This document shows positions 1 through 12,081 of a DNA stretch of 64,000 bases, in pieces. Each line of letters starts with the position of its first letter. Position 1 is the first letter of the stretch. A program made the translations under genes and the position numbers. The DNA lies in assembly GCA_963815455.1 (NCBI GenBank), contig CAWFGO010000005.1, positions 160,001 to 224,000 of the forward strand, given 5' to 3'. The notes under the pieces were generated by a model. It was not told the origin of the DNA and searched no databases. It saw only the letters and a program-made list of their open reading frames with translations. The stretch is from an uncultured Verrucomicrobiae bacterium. Lineage in GTDB: Bacteria; Verrucomicrobiota; Verrucomicrobiia; Chthoniobacterales; UBA10450.

Positions 1-268
1 CTGCGCTTCGACTTCGACTCGCTTTTCGAAACGCTCGATGTGCGTTCCAAATGCGCCCAGCGATAGAGCAACGGAGGACGAATGCCCAGCTCCGCTGCTA
101 CCTTCGTTGCACTGCGGCCGCTGGACCGCCATAGCTCCAGCGCCTCCTGCTTGTACTCTTCGGTGTAGCTCGCCCTCTCGCGAGCCGTCTTCCTTAACTG
201 CGTCTTCATGTGGGTTCCTCGGGTTTTTTGACCCTTAGCCCACTGTCCGTCAAATCAATGCAACTCCA
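1..268 (-). mobile_element. IS3-family insertion sequence, left end; OrfA starts at 209 and runs off the window
   Basis: Minus strand from 209 reads MKTQLRKTARERASYTEEYKQEALELWRSSGRSATKVAAELGIRPPLLYRW (IS3 OrfA HTH pattern); terminus at 268 reads TGGAGTTGCATTGATTTGACGGACA. Confidence 0.8.
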
Positions 269-399
269 GTCCTTTTCTCTTGCATTTGATGTGGTTAGGG
301 GCGGGAGTCGACGGCCGCGTAAAGCTTCAGCTCGACACGCGGCTGGAGGGAGCGTAAGGCCCCGGTGGGGCCACGCGTAAAGAGGTGACGAGTGACGCG
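269..399 (+). repeat. ~130-bp direct repeat, copy 1 (copy 2 at 3330-3459)
   Basis: 309-399 vs 3369-3459 differ at one position; two hairpins separated by CGTAA motifs. Confidence 0.9.
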
Positions 400-486
400 G
401 AGCGTTTCTCTCCATTCATCTATTCGTGTAATCCGTGGTTCAGAAAACTGTGGTGGGGAGTCTTTACCCACTAAACATCCGGCTTC

Positions 487-695
487 GCAAGGCTTCCGAT
501 CTTCGCCATCCGCCTTCGCTGCGCTACGGCGCGACAAGAGGCTACGACGTGACCTGCCTTCGTTAGACTTCCGATCTTCGCAAGGCTACGACGTGACGAG
601 TCGGCACGGCAAGCAAGACGGCGTGACCCGTCTTCACATTGTTACGACGTGGCAAGCAAGTCGGCGCGGCAGGCAAGTCGGCGCGGCAAGCAGGT
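487..695 (+). repeat. Cluster of ~30-nt CCGCCTTCGC..GCTACGGCG..CAAG mini-palindromes and fragments
   Basis: Repeated GCTACG(G/A)CGTG(G/A)CAAG units; related block at 3160-3250. Confidence 0.75.
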
Positions 696-869
696 GAGGA
701 CGTAAAGGTTTTGCCCACGTCCCGAGGAGAGGCAGACAGCCGCGTAAAGCTGACAGAAACGCCTCAACAAAAGTGTGCGATGGTTACGCGCATGCGCACA
801 TCGCCGCGCGGCGATTCACCGATTGCTTGTTCGGTGTATCTCACCGCACGGCGAGAAATTGGTCGTGTT

Positions 870-1958
870 TCACGTGGGTGAGACTCCGGCATTGGTGAAC
901 GCCGCTGCATATTGCGGAGGTAGATCGCGAGACAGCAATCCCAATTGCTTTCTCATTTTGAGTCCCATTCCATTAACGCCGTCCCAGGCCTCGTTTCCCA
1001 GGGAGTCGCTAAGCCAACCATTAAGTTTGGCAACAGCGTCAGCTAAGAGCTGATCCGAAATGATTGCCAGATCCGGCGTGACTTGGGCTACCAAATTATC
1101 CAGACGCCCTTTCACCGCCTCCTCGATCATCGCAAACAGCCGAATTGCGACGCGCTCGGCAGTCTGACTCGTCTTCGGTCCGAGACCGAGAATGATGTTC
1201 TCCACCGCTTCCATCTGTTCGTCGTAGGCCGCAGCGATCGTGCTCATCCAGACATAAAACAATTCGTTCGGCGACAGTTCCCGAGCGAGTTCCTTCAGCA
1301 CCTTGAGACGGTGGGTAACAAGAGGGTGTTTTCCCGAGGGGAAAACGAACCCGAGCTTTTCCAGCAAGCAGAAAACCCGTATCGCAAGCACGATTCCCGC
1401 GTATCGCATTCTGTATTGGCCGGATTGGGCCGAACGCAAAACAAGGTTGATCGCGAAAACATCTGCTTGGGTTTCTTCGCTCGGAAATGCTTTCGCCGTC
1501 GCTTCGTCGGGCCAATATCCGCTGTAGATCATCACGTGACCGAGTTCGTGTGCTAGGACAAATGCCTCGGCACGTGTCGCCAGATATTCCGCAATCTCCC
1601 GCTGCCCTTCTTGGATCAGAAACAAGGGATGCTGATATCGCTGTCCATTCCAAAATCGGCCCGCTTGCCATTCCTTAAACACGTCCGCAACGCGATGGGT
1701 GAGCTCCTCCTGGGACAAACTCGGCTGTTCGATCTCGCCCGGCCTGAATTCCCGTTGGGCGCCACATAGAATTCGCGTGATGGTGTAATAAAACTCCATG
1801 AAGCCGCTATAGAGCTCGACCGTGAATTGATCCTCCCCAACCCGCTTTGTGCGCGCTTGCGGTTCCGCGATGCCAACCTCGCCTATCGCCAATGCGCCCG
1901 AGTTCACCTTCTCCAAAAGAGGCTGGGGCAGCGCCGGATGATACGACTTGAATATCAC
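870..1958 (-). CDS. Zinc metallopeptidase, M48/U49 (Lit)-like
   Basis: FVLAHELGH, EETQAD and HPLVTHRL motifs. Confidence 0.65.
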   Translation of the reverse strand: MIFKSYHPALPQPLLEKVNSGALAIGEVGIAEPQARTKRVGEDQFTVELYSGFMEFYYTITRILCGAQREFRPGEIEQPSLSQEELTHRVADVFKEWQAGRFWNGQRYQHPLFLIQEGQREIAEYLATRAEAFVLAHELGHVMIYSGYWPDEATAKAFPSEETQADVFAINLVLRSAQSGQYRMRYAGIVLAIRVFCLLEKLGFVFPSGKHPLVTHRLKVLKELARELSPNELFYVWMSTIAAAYDEQMEAVENIILGLGPKTSQTAERVAIRLFAMIEEAVKGRLDNLVAQVTPDLAIISDQLLADAVAKLNGWLSDSLGNEAWDGVNGMGLKMRKQLGLLSRDLPPQYAAAFTNAGVSPT

Positions 1959-2112
1959 GACCGCGCGATCCTCCCGATTCCAAGGTGGGAAAGACCGCTG
2001 GCGACCGGAAGTTCTTGCTGCGCTTTGGTGCTCACTCAGTTCCCCTGCAACTACAATTCACGTGAGCTTGCAAGCGGGTTAGCTGCCGGCGAAAAAAAAC
2101 GGCGCCATCAAA

Positions 2113-2646
2113 TTAACCCGGGTTGATCTTGCTAAGAACTTCGGGGATCTGAGCTGCAATCGCTGCCGACTCGAACGAATCGCTCTTCTTGAGATCCTCT
2201 AGCAGCTTTGCCAAAGCACTGTTGGATGTGGATGACGGCAAGCCGATAAAATTCTTTTCGTCGGAATGGGTTTTGGCGGTTGCCTTTTGCAAGGAATCGA
2301 CCAGCGATAATTTCGCCACGCTCTCAGCTTGCGCTTGGGCCATTTTTGTCAACAAGCTGCCACCACCGAGTCCTACAACGATGGAACTCCCGATTTGGAA
2401 AAAGGTTATGTGCAGCTCGGTCGAAAACGCTGCAAACACATCCGAAGTGGCAAAGGGTCCATATACACACCACACAACGAGCGCGGCGATGGCCCCGACC
2501 AAAATGTTTCCTAGCCAACCTGGGCGCCAAACACCCGAAACGCTATCCCGGCCCATGGCCACAAACTCTTTTGCCACGAGGCAATTTGCCAGCCCGCCTA
2601 AACACCCAGCAACCGCAATCATTATCAACAATAATCCAGTGTGCAT
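2113..2646 (-). CDS. Three-TM membrane protein (DUF4257/YEATS-associated-helix-like)
   Basis: AGCLGGLAN, GWLGNILVGAIAA and VGLGGGSLL helices. Confidence 0.55.
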   Translation of the reverse strand: MHTGLLLIMIAVAGCLGGLANCLVAKEFVAMGRDSVSGVWRPGWLGNILVGAIAALVVWCVYGPFATSDVFAAFSTELHITFFQIGSSIVVGLGGGSLLTKMAQAQAESVAKLSLVDSLQKATAKTHSDEKNFIGLPSSTSNSALAKLLEDLKKSDSFESAAIAAQIPEVLSKINPG

Positions 2647-3329
2647 ACTCGTGCCTTTGTCTTTGATTTCAGTTAAGTAAAAACTAAGCTATTCGTCAAT
2701 GCCAAGGACGGCTTCCGCATCAGGATTGACTAAAAAGTAGGCCGCCTCGAGATGACAAGCGATCAACGCGAAAACGATTCGGGTATTCATGCGTTTTGGT
2801 TGGCGTGACTGGATCGCATTAACTCTTATCATCGCCATTTTGCCAGCTCAATGCCGAAGCGCCAAAGTTCGTTGCGGCGGGACACCGCAAGTCCGAGCTC
2901 TCCACGGCGAGTCTGCGACCGGACCGGCATTGCGCCCGCGACCCGCACACGGCGGGCAGGCTGGGCGCGCTACCCGGGAAGGCTGAAGATCAATCGTGAT
3001 TCGTGTTCATTCGTGCTTGCCACGCCGTAGGTCGAGGCGGCGACCGAAGGAGGGTCGATTCGTGGTTAATGCTCTGTCCTTTGTTCTCTTCGTTGCCTTC
3101 TGTGAATCTGTATTCCCCGAAGATCGACGGTCATTCGCCTTCGCACGCTTCCTCCTACGCGCAAGGCTTCCGATTCTTCGCCATCCGCCTTCGCTGCACT
3201 ACGGCGCGACAAGAGGCTACGGCGTGGCAAGCAAGTCGGCGCGGCAGGCACGAAAATGCGGAGCGCAATTGCTGTTAATCCAAACCCTTTCGTGTATTTG
3301 GCGTGTTTAGGAAGGGCAGGAAGGAGTCG

Positions 3330-3459
3330 GTCCTTTTTTCCTGCATTTGATGCGGGTATGGTCGGAGGCGACGGCCGCGTAAAGCTTCAGCTCGCCACGC
3401 GGCTGGAGGGAGCGTAAGGCCCCGGTGGGGCCACGCGTAAAGAGGTGACGAGTGACGCG
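3330..3459 (+). repeat. ~130-bp direct repeat, copy 2
   Basis: Near-identical to 269-399. Confidence 0.9.
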
Positions 3460-3607
3460 TGACAAGTGACGAGACTGAAAGGCGGATTGGGTCGACGGTC
3501 AGAGACCGCCGCTACAGGGGATTTGAAAGCTGCGACAGTTGAGGGCCACGCACGTTTACGGGGGTTTTTTCTCGTTCCGGGGAAAGAACAGTGCTAATTT
3601 TGCGGGA

Positions 3608-3811
3608 ATGAGCACGCTTGCTGAGATTGAAGCCGCTGTGGAGGCTCTCTCCCTTGAGCAAAAACAGGAACTGCTCAGGTTCCTTGCGTCACACGTGAAT
3701 GGTGCTGACACCGAAAAAAATCTCAGCGACCTGACTCAGTTCGTTGGAACCATCCGTCTATCCGAGGATCCGCTCGCGTGGCAGCGGCGCGTGCGCGGCG
3801 AGTGGGCATAA
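3608..3811 (+). CDS. Putative antitoxin
   Basis: 67-aa ORF whose TAA overlaps the ATG of the PIN gene. Confidence 0.7.
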   Translation: MSTLAEIEAAVEALSLEQKQELLRFLASHVNGADTEKNLSDLTQFVGTIRLSEDPLAWQRRVRGEWA

Positions 3812-4170
3812 TGGGGTTGCTTGATACCAACGTCGCGCTTTATCTGCTTGGCGGACGATTGGCCAAACCGCTGCCGGCCGGGAACTACGCCATTTCGGTA
3901 ATCACGGAAATGGAGCTTCTCTCCTGGCCGTCACTGACAACCGAAGATGAAAGAAAGGTTCGCGATTTCATCGCACAACTGACTGTCTATGAATTGACTC
4001 CTCCAATTCGAAACATGGCTATACAAGTTCGAAAAGCCGAACGACTGAAATTACCGGATGCAATTGTCTGTGCCACTGCTCTTGAATTCGAGATGGTCCT
4101 TTGGACAAACGACGAAACGCTCATGAAAGTGCCGGGATTGGTGTGCCGCTCGGTGGCGCTCACGGCCTAG
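3811..4170 (+). CDS. vapC: PIN-domain (VapC-family) toxin
   Basis: LLDTN, SVITEMEL, LPDAIVCATA and WTND PIN motifs. Confidence 0.9.
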   Translation: MGLLDTNVALYLLGGRLAKPLPAGNYAISVITEMELLSWPSLTTEDERKVRDFIAQLTVYELTPPIRNMAIQVRKAERLKLPDAIVCATALEFEMVLWTNDETLMKVPGLVCRSVALTA

Positions 4171-4610
4171 TCTTCGGCCCATTCACGCGAAATCTGACTT
4201 GGAGAAATTCGTTGCGACGGGACACCGCAACCAGCACGCGAGACGCGTGCGCTACCCGGAACGAGGGACACCGCGGTCGGCGCCCGCGGCTACAGATCAT
4301 CTCGGACAAGTCGATTTCGCCTTCGTTGTCTTCGTTTCCTTCTGTGATTCAAGAAAGTGACGAGTGACAAGTGACGAGTGACGAGACTGAAAGGCCGGAA
4401 TGGGTCGACGGTCGTCCGCCTTCGCACGCTACGGCGCGATAAATAGACCGCCGCTACAGATGCTTCCGATCTTCGCGATCGGCCCACACGCGAGGGCGCG
4501 TATGCTCCCCGGAACCTGGAAAATCTTGTGAAAATTCTTGTTGCCCTCCTTCGCCAAGGCTTCGGCGTGGCAGGCAGGAATACAAGTCACGAAATCCGCA
4601 GGATTTTCGT

Positions 4611-4638
4611 TTGACGAATTGGCGAACCCCTCTATCTT
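4611..4638 (+). promoter_or_regulatory. Putative rRNA sigma70 promoter
   Basis: TTGACG-16nt-TATCTT upstream of 16S; boxA-like GATCTTTGACA at 4786-4796. Confidence 0.55.
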
Positions 4639-5176
4639 GTGTGTCCCGCGATAAACGGGGCGGTCGCCTGCAAGGTGGCTGATGTTCTCCGGGGCTCAGG
4701 GTCGAGCCGACCTCCTCGCGGTTGAGGCGTTTATACGTTGAGATGTTGAGGGGTTGGATTTTGCCATGTACCGGTGATGAACCTGGATCTTTGACAGTTT
4801 GGTTTTGAGTTCGCGCACGACTGGATCAGTCCGCCTTTTTTGATCGCTTCCGCCTCCGCAAGAGGCTACGGCGTGACAAGACGGCGTGATGAAATCCGAA
4901 GCGAATTTCAAAATGTGATAATGAAGTCAGCGAAAATTGAATTGTGCGTTACTTAGTCATTTTCTTTGGAAAATAGTTTAAGATCGACGAACCCCAGCTG
5001 CTTCCTTTAGCTGATTGTACTTCTCCGGATGCATTGGCCGGCGCACGCAACAGTGCCAGGCCACGGAGATACAGTCGGTTGAAGGAAGTAGCTGGGTTAG
5101 AAGGTCAGATTTATGTCGGCCCCGTAGCGGGGTTCGACGCAAACTTTGAAGCGCTCGCAAGAGTGTTTCACCGTTT

Positions 5177-6842
<1,666 letters not shown>

Positions 6843-7272
6843 CCGCTGAAGAATTTTCGAATGTCGATTTTCGATTTTCGATCTTTCTGAAGCAGTAGGT
6901 CGACGGCTAAACCCACGGAGAAATCCGCGGATATGTCGTTAAGCCCTTGGAATCGAAAGAAACCAAGGCTCAGAGAAAACGACGGTAACGCACAATTCAG
7001 TCTTTGCTGCACATCGACTGCAATGCCGGATGACGAATCGCAAGATCGACATCCGGCATTTCATTTTTCGTGGCATCGGTATCCTGCCGATGATCATGGG
7101 CTGGAAGCCCATGCCACGTTGCAGGCGTCTGTGTCAGACGCCGTGTAGAGGCGGCCGTGTCGGCCGCAAAGAAGCTCTGAATCAGGAACGCACGAACGCA
7201 GGAAGAAGAGGGGACTAATCAGGAAGCAAAGTCGGTGGAGCGAGACTCTGTCGAGCCGACTGTTCAGAGCCG

Positions 7273-8109
7273 CTACGGCTTCTTGGGAGTGGCGTGGGGA
7301 TTCCCCGGAGGAAAGGGCGTGAGCATGGAAGCCGGGGTGGGTGACGGCGCCATCTTTTGTTCCACAATCTTAAGGTGCGACTGGGCATCGGCGTCTCCGG
7401 GCTTGAGCTTTAGGATTGTGCGCAGATCCGCTGCCGCCTTCTCGTTTTCATTTAACAGGGTGTAAGCATAGGCGCGGCGGCGATAAGCTTCCGGATCCTT
7501 TGATTTCTGCTCGATCACCTTGGTGAAATCGGCGACCGCTTCCTTGTATTTGCCAACGTTGCGATAGGCAAATCCGCGCCGCTCGTGCCCTTGCTCGTCG
7601 TTTGGCATCCGCTCCAGGAGCTTGCTGTAATCTTCGATCGCTTTGTTCCAATTTTCCTTTCGCAGATAGGCATAGGCGCGGAACCGGCGCGCCGTGGTGT
7701 CGTTGGCATCGATGTTCAACGCCTTGTCCAGATCGGCGATGCCTTCATCGACTCGATTCTGGGCCAACTCCGATTCACCGCGCCCGGCGTAGCCGCTGGC
7801 GGATTTCGGGTTCAACTCGATTACTTTCGAGAAATCTTGCGCAGCCTTGTCCCACTTCTGCATCAGTTTGTAGGCCGTGCCCCGATTGCTGTAATTTTTT
7901 TCATCGCCGGGCTGGGCCTCGATTGCTTTGGTGAATTCCTCGACGGCTTTTTCGTACTGCTTTTTTCGGGCAAATTGGACACCGCGATTGGTGTGGCCGC
8001 CGGGATCACCCGATGCCTCGCGGGATTTCGCCTCGGCCGGGCCGGACGTCAAAAACGGAATTGCCAGACAGATAATTATTGCGCATTGCTTGGTTCGATT
8101 TGATTTCAT
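7273..8109 (-). CDS. Secreted TPR-repeat protein
   Basis: Signal peptide followed by about six TPR motifs. Confidence 0.85.
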   Translation of the reverse strand: MKSNRTKQCAIIICLAIPFLTSGPAEAKSREASGDPGGHTNRGVQFARKKQYEKAVEEFTKAIEAQPGDEKNYSNRGTAYKLMQKWDKAAQDFSKVIELNPKSASGYAGRGESELAQNRVDEGIADLDKALNIDANDTTARRFRAYAYLRKENWNKAIEDYSKLLERMPNDEQGHERRGFAYRNVGKYKEAVADFTKVIEQKSKDPEAYRRRAYAYTLLNENEKAAADLRTILKLKPGDADAQSHLKIVEQKMAPSPTPASMLTPFPPGNPHATPKKP

Positions 8110-8191
8110 GTATTGCAAGAAATAGCAGAATGGAATTATTCGGAGTAGATTGCGCGTCATACAACGCTGTTGGGCGCAAATCTTTTCCAAG

Positions 8192-8581
8192 ATGACGATG
8201 AAATCAATCCGATGTTTGATTACGGTGGCGGTTTGTTTCTTCGCTTTCGGGTGCTGGGGAGGCGCTTCCAGGCCCTCGGTCAATTCGGTCGCAGCCGGCC
8301 GCTATGGTCACCAGCTGCACGACCAGTTTTATGAGGCGTGGGTACAACCGCCGGCAGTGGCTTTGCCGAGAGGGAAGGTCTCTGTGCCGGTGGATGTGAC
8401 AATCGCCGGCGACGGTCGAGTTCAGGATTTCCGGATCGCGAAGGGCTCCGGCAACGACAGGATCGACAAGTCGATCGCGGCGGTGGGAACGAAAATCAAG
8501 CAAGTTGCACCGCCGCCCGACACGGCTTCGGGAAAGACTTTCAAGCTCAGGATCTATTTCGAGCTCGATGTGAAGCGCTAG
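8192..8581 (+). CDS. TonB C-terminal domain protein
   Basis: VTIAGDGRV..GSGN..IDKS..PPP pattern. Confidence 0.75.
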   Translation: MTMKSIRCLITVAVCFFAFGCWGGASRPSVNSVAAGRYGHQLHDQFYEAWVQPPAVALPRGKVSVPVDVTIAGDGRVQDFRIAKGSGNDRIDKSIAAVGTKIKQVAPPPDTASGKTFKLRIYFELDVKR

Positions 8582-8582
8582 G

Positions 8583-9500
8583 GTGACGCGTTTTCCTCAA
8601 GAAGTGCGACGGTCAGAGACCGCCGCTACAAGCGCTCGAAAGAGTGGCGGTGACATTGCGACCCGTATTGGGCGGCGTCCCGTCCTCTGGTTGAACATGG
8701 TTTGTCTTGATGCGCCGCTGGTGGCGATTTGCTGGCAATGGCTGTTTGCCAGTTCCTTTCACGTCGCGGTATCGGATCCGGCTCGGGCTGCATTGTTTCT
8801 GACCGCCTGGCTGATATATCTGATCGATCGACTGGCCGATTCTGTTTCACTCAAACCGAGTTCTGAAAAATCTGTGCGACAAGAATTTTGTCTACGACAT
8901 ACTAGCATCTGGGTCGGGCTGATCCTGGTAATCGCGTTGCTGGATGCTGCCATCGTTCTTGCCCAGCTCGATCGCCGTCTCATTCTGTGGGGTGCATTTT
9001 TGGGAGGCGCAGCATTTCTCTATTTGGCGCTCAACTACGCGCTCAACCGGTTCTGGAAAACCATTCCAATCAAAGAGATCGTTATCGGATTTTTATTTGC
9101 TCTCGGGACTCTGCTGGTCGTCGCTCCTGAACTATCGAGCGCAACATCGACATCGATCGTCGCGGCATTGCTGTTCGCTGCGCTCTGCTCGCTCAATTGC
9201 ATGAGCATAGCCGTGTGGGAACGCGATCTCGATTGGAACCAGGAAAAACATTCCATCGCCACGCGTTGGCCGTCCTTGGACTTCTTGGTGCGCCCTTCGT
9301 GTTTTTTACTGGCGGCCGCTTCGCTGCTGGTCGCCGCTATCGATCACGTTTTGTTGCCCCTGGGAGTTTGTCTCGCAATCAGCGCCATCCTTCTCGCCGC
9401 GCTCCATGCGATGTCGATCCAGCGGGATGCGCGCACTGCGCTGGCTGATCTGGTCCTTCTTGCGCCGGCCGTGCTGTTCTGTGCCGAAATCGTTTTGTGA
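8583..9500 (+). CDS. Integral membrane protein (UbiA prenyltransferase-like); start uncertain
   Basis: Multiple TM helices, WLIYLIDRLAD and WERDLD motifs. Confidence 0.55.
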   Translation: MTRFPQEVRRSETAATSARKSGGDIATRIGRRPVLWLNMVCLDAPLVAICWQWLFASSFHVAVSDPARAALFLTAWLIYLIDRLADSVSLKPSSEKSVRQEFCLRHTSIWVGLILVIALLDAAIVLAQLDRRLILWGAFLGGAAFLYLALNYALNRFWKTIPIKEIVIGFLFALGTLLVVAPELSSATSTSIVAALLFAALCSLNCMSIAVWERDLDWNQEKHSIATRWPSLDFLVRPSCFLLAAASLLVAAIDHVLLPLGVCLAISAILLAALHAMSIQRDARTALADLVLLAPAVLFCAEIVL

Positions 9501-10143
9501 GCTTCGATCGCATCGCGCCCCATTATCGTTGGCTGGAGACGCTCGCTTTTGGATCCACATTGCAAAAGGCGCGAACTCGCTGGATCCAATCGATCGATGC
9601 ACCGAAGCGGGTTTTGATTCTGGGCGAAGGTGACGGCCGGTTTCTCTGCGAATTCTTGCGGGTTCATCCGGGCGCCGCTGTCGATTGTGTCGATGCGAGC
9701 GCACGGATGCTGGAGCGGGCGCGGCGGCGTGTGCGGAGGGTTTTACCGAAGGCGGTCGATCGCGTGAGATTTTTTCAGGAAGATATCATTTCCTGGTCGT
9801 CCCCCCGTTCCTACGACCTTTTAATCGCAAATTTTTCCTCGATTGCTTTAAGCGCGACGAACTGAATTCAATTATTCGTAAGCTCGCCCAGGCGGCGACA
9901 TCGGATGCGCATTTGATTCTGGCCGATTTTTCGATTCCGCCGAGAGGACTGGCCAGGATGCACGCCAAACTTTGGCTGGCGCGATGTATTGTTGTTTTCG
10001 GCTCACCGCCGGTATTCAAGCGACGCGGTTGATCGATCCGACCAGCGAATTGGAAGCGAACGGTTTTATTTGTGGCGCGCGATCGCAATGGCGGTTTGGG
10101 ACTTGTGAAAGCAGAGCTTTGGCGGCGCGGTCGAGGGAGTTGA
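9497..10143 (+). CDS. Class I SAM methyltransferase, frameshifted (3' end approximate)
   Basis: FDRIAPHY and LILGEGDG; continues in ORF 9685-10032 (FFLDCF). Confidence 0.7.
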
Positions 10144-10175
10144 CCCGCAGTTCGAAGTCTCGTATGGTGTGGCCA

Positions 10176-10240
10176 GGCAATGGAGTTTGCCTTCTTTCGC
10201 GATGGCGAGAAGAAAACCGCGAGAGCTAATGACTCCTGCC
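10176..10240 (+). promoter_or_regulatory. Fluoride riboswitch (crcB motif)
   Basis: GGCAATGGAGTTTGCC...AAACCGC..GCTAATGACTCCTGCC directly upstream of crcB, followed by a terminator-like stem and T tract (to 10279). Confidence 0.9.
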
Positions 10241-10279
10241 AAAGCCCCATTTTTTGGGGCCATTGGTTGGAGTTTTTTT

Positions 10280-10670
10280 ATGCTCAATTATCTCTGGGTC
10301 ATGTTAGGCGGTGCGATCGGGACCGGGGCCCGCTTCTGGGCGTCGGGCTTTGTCGCGCAACGAGCCGGTGAATTTTTTCCGGTCGGCACGCTCGTGGTCA
10401 ACGTCACGGGATCGTTCATCGTCGGCTTTTTCGCTGCCCTCACCGATCCTCAAGGAGCGTTTCTGGTGTCACCGCGGTATCGCCAGTTTTTCATGATCGG
10501 GGTGTGCGGCGGGTACACCACGTTTTCATCATTCAGCTTACAGACTCTCGATCTTTTTCAGGACGGCGATTGGTTTAGAGCCGGACTGAACGTGTCTGCT
10601 TACTCTTGCCTGTTGTTTGGTCGCGGTGTGGCTCGGACGAATTTTCGCTCTCGCCCTGATGCCAAAGTAG
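10280..10670 (+). CDS. crcB: Fluoride channel Fluc/CrcB, frameshift near 10600
   Basis: GGAIGTGAR, GTLVVNVTGSF and GVCGGYTTFSSF. Confidence 0.9.
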
Positions 10671-10685
10671 AATGTAAAACAACGT

Positions 10686-11033
10686 ATGCATCTTCCAGAA
10701 GACGCGGTCCTATTGCGAATTTTCATCGGCGAAAGCGATCGCTACAAACATCGGCCATTATACGAAGCGATTGTGATGAAAGCGCGCGAACGTCATCTGG
10801 CCGGCGCGACGGTGTTGCGCGGCCCAATGGGGTTTGGCGCGGCCAGCCGGATTCACACCGCGAAGATTCTGCGCTTGTCGATGGATTTGCCGATGGTGAT
10901 CGAGATCGTCGATAGCGAAAAAAACATCAACGCGTTTCTTCCTGATCTGGAGCAAATGATCGGCGGCGGCCTGGTCACGCTCGAGAAAATCAAGGTGATC
11001 CATTACCGGCACGAGAAACCGAAAGAAGGATAG
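10686..11033 (+). CDS. DUF190 (PII-like) protein
   Basis: LLRIFIGESD..GATVLRG..GFG..LPMVIEIVD; usual crcB partner. Confidence 0.9.
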   Translation: MHLPEDAVLLRIFIGESDRYKHRPLYEAIVMKARERHLAGATVLRGPMGFGAASRIHTAKILRLSMDLPMVIEIVDSEKNINAFLPDLEQMIGGGLVTLEKIKVIHYRHEKPKEG

Positions 11034-11132
11034 CACGATCGGCCGTCCGAACGAGGCTTGGTAGATGCCAACTCCGTCGACTCAAATCCTCAGCAAACTA
11101 GGTGTGAACCGACTTTTCGCCCGATGAATTGG

Positions 11133-11558
11133 CTAGGCCGCGCGGGTGCTCTTGCGTTGGCCTTCCTTGAACGTCTTGGCAAAGATCTTCTGGAGAACCT
11201 CTCGGTGCACGTCGCTTAGAGAATTAATATAAAGGCACCCTTTGCCGGTCTTGTGCTTGCCGAGGGCTGAGAGCTCTTTTTCCACTTTGCCCACACCGCC
11301 CATCAAATAGATGGCGATGTTCTGTTTTCTCGGCGAAAAACCGATGATCACGGCGTCGCCCTCGCGCCCGCTCTCGTAAACGTAGTGATATGTTCCGAAC
11401 CCGATAATTGCGCTTCCCCACATCACCGGTTCAGAATTCGAGGCTCTCCTCATCATCTCCAAAATAGCAAAACAATCGTCCCGCAGTTGCTTGTCCTGGA
11501 TCTTGTTCAGGAAAGCCGTCACGCTGCTCTTGGTTGGTTTGGTTTTGTTTTCTGCCAT
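11133..11558 (-). CDS. DUF1801 family protein
   Basis: MWGSAIIGFGTYHY, GFSPRK and LGKHKTGKGCLYI. Confidence 0.85.
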   Translation of the reverse strand: MAENKTKPTKSSVTAFLNKIQDKQLRDDCFAILEMMRRASNSEPVMWGSAIIGFGTYHYVYESGREGDAVIIGFSPRKQNIAIYLMGGVGKVEKELSALGKHKTGKGCLYINSLSDVHREVLQKIFAKTFKEGQRKSTRAA

Positions 11559-11850
11559 AAGAATCTAGCCGTCGTTGGAGGTTGCTGTGCTTGCGATCTA
11601 CTCGTGTCGCGTCTCGCACCGCCGAAATGACGTCGTCAGTGCTCGGCCAGGGCCGGCTCAAGAGCTTGGCAACGAGTCCGCCCTTTCGGGAAACGACGGT
11701 ACGACCGTCAACGACGATGTCGAACTGCCCGTGCCGGCCGGCTTCCAGCTTGACGGGAGCGCCCAAAGTGTCGCGGATGAGAGCAGCGAAACTCGCTGCC
11801 TTTGCGGCCGTGGTCCCTCAGGTCTCGCAATAAACGATTCGGATGTCCAT
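11431..11850 (-). CDS. Rdx/SelW-like selenoprotein (C-E-T-U); true 3' end probably near 11600
   Basis: ATG at 11850 reads MDIRIVYCET, TGA (11820-11818), then in frame GTT..GQFDIVVDG..SRK..WP; hairpin follows the UGA. Confidence 0.8.
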
Positions 11851-12081
11851 GGAATCGACTCTCAACTACTTGTCCCGCCGTCGCAAGACGGTCATCTTTC
11901 AATTTTCCTACTACACCGGCCAGCGGTTGGCCGAAGCGATTGGTTAGGCTCAACGGGTACAGAAATTCTATAATTCCTCAGTACCGTTGCGCGCTTCGAT
12001 TGGTTGCTTCGATTCCAATCTGGAGCTATGACGCTTGAAGGTAAGCCGGCCGAATCGAACCGCGAACATGGCCAAGGTCCA

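Noticed and set aside
487..695. Possible CRISPR array
   Set aside because: No constant repeat with unique, even-length spacers and no cas genes; these are degenerate REP units
10577..10592. AGAGCCGGACTG in crcB as a copy of the 18-nt element
   Set aside because: Partial match only, and RAGLN fits ordinary CrcB sequence
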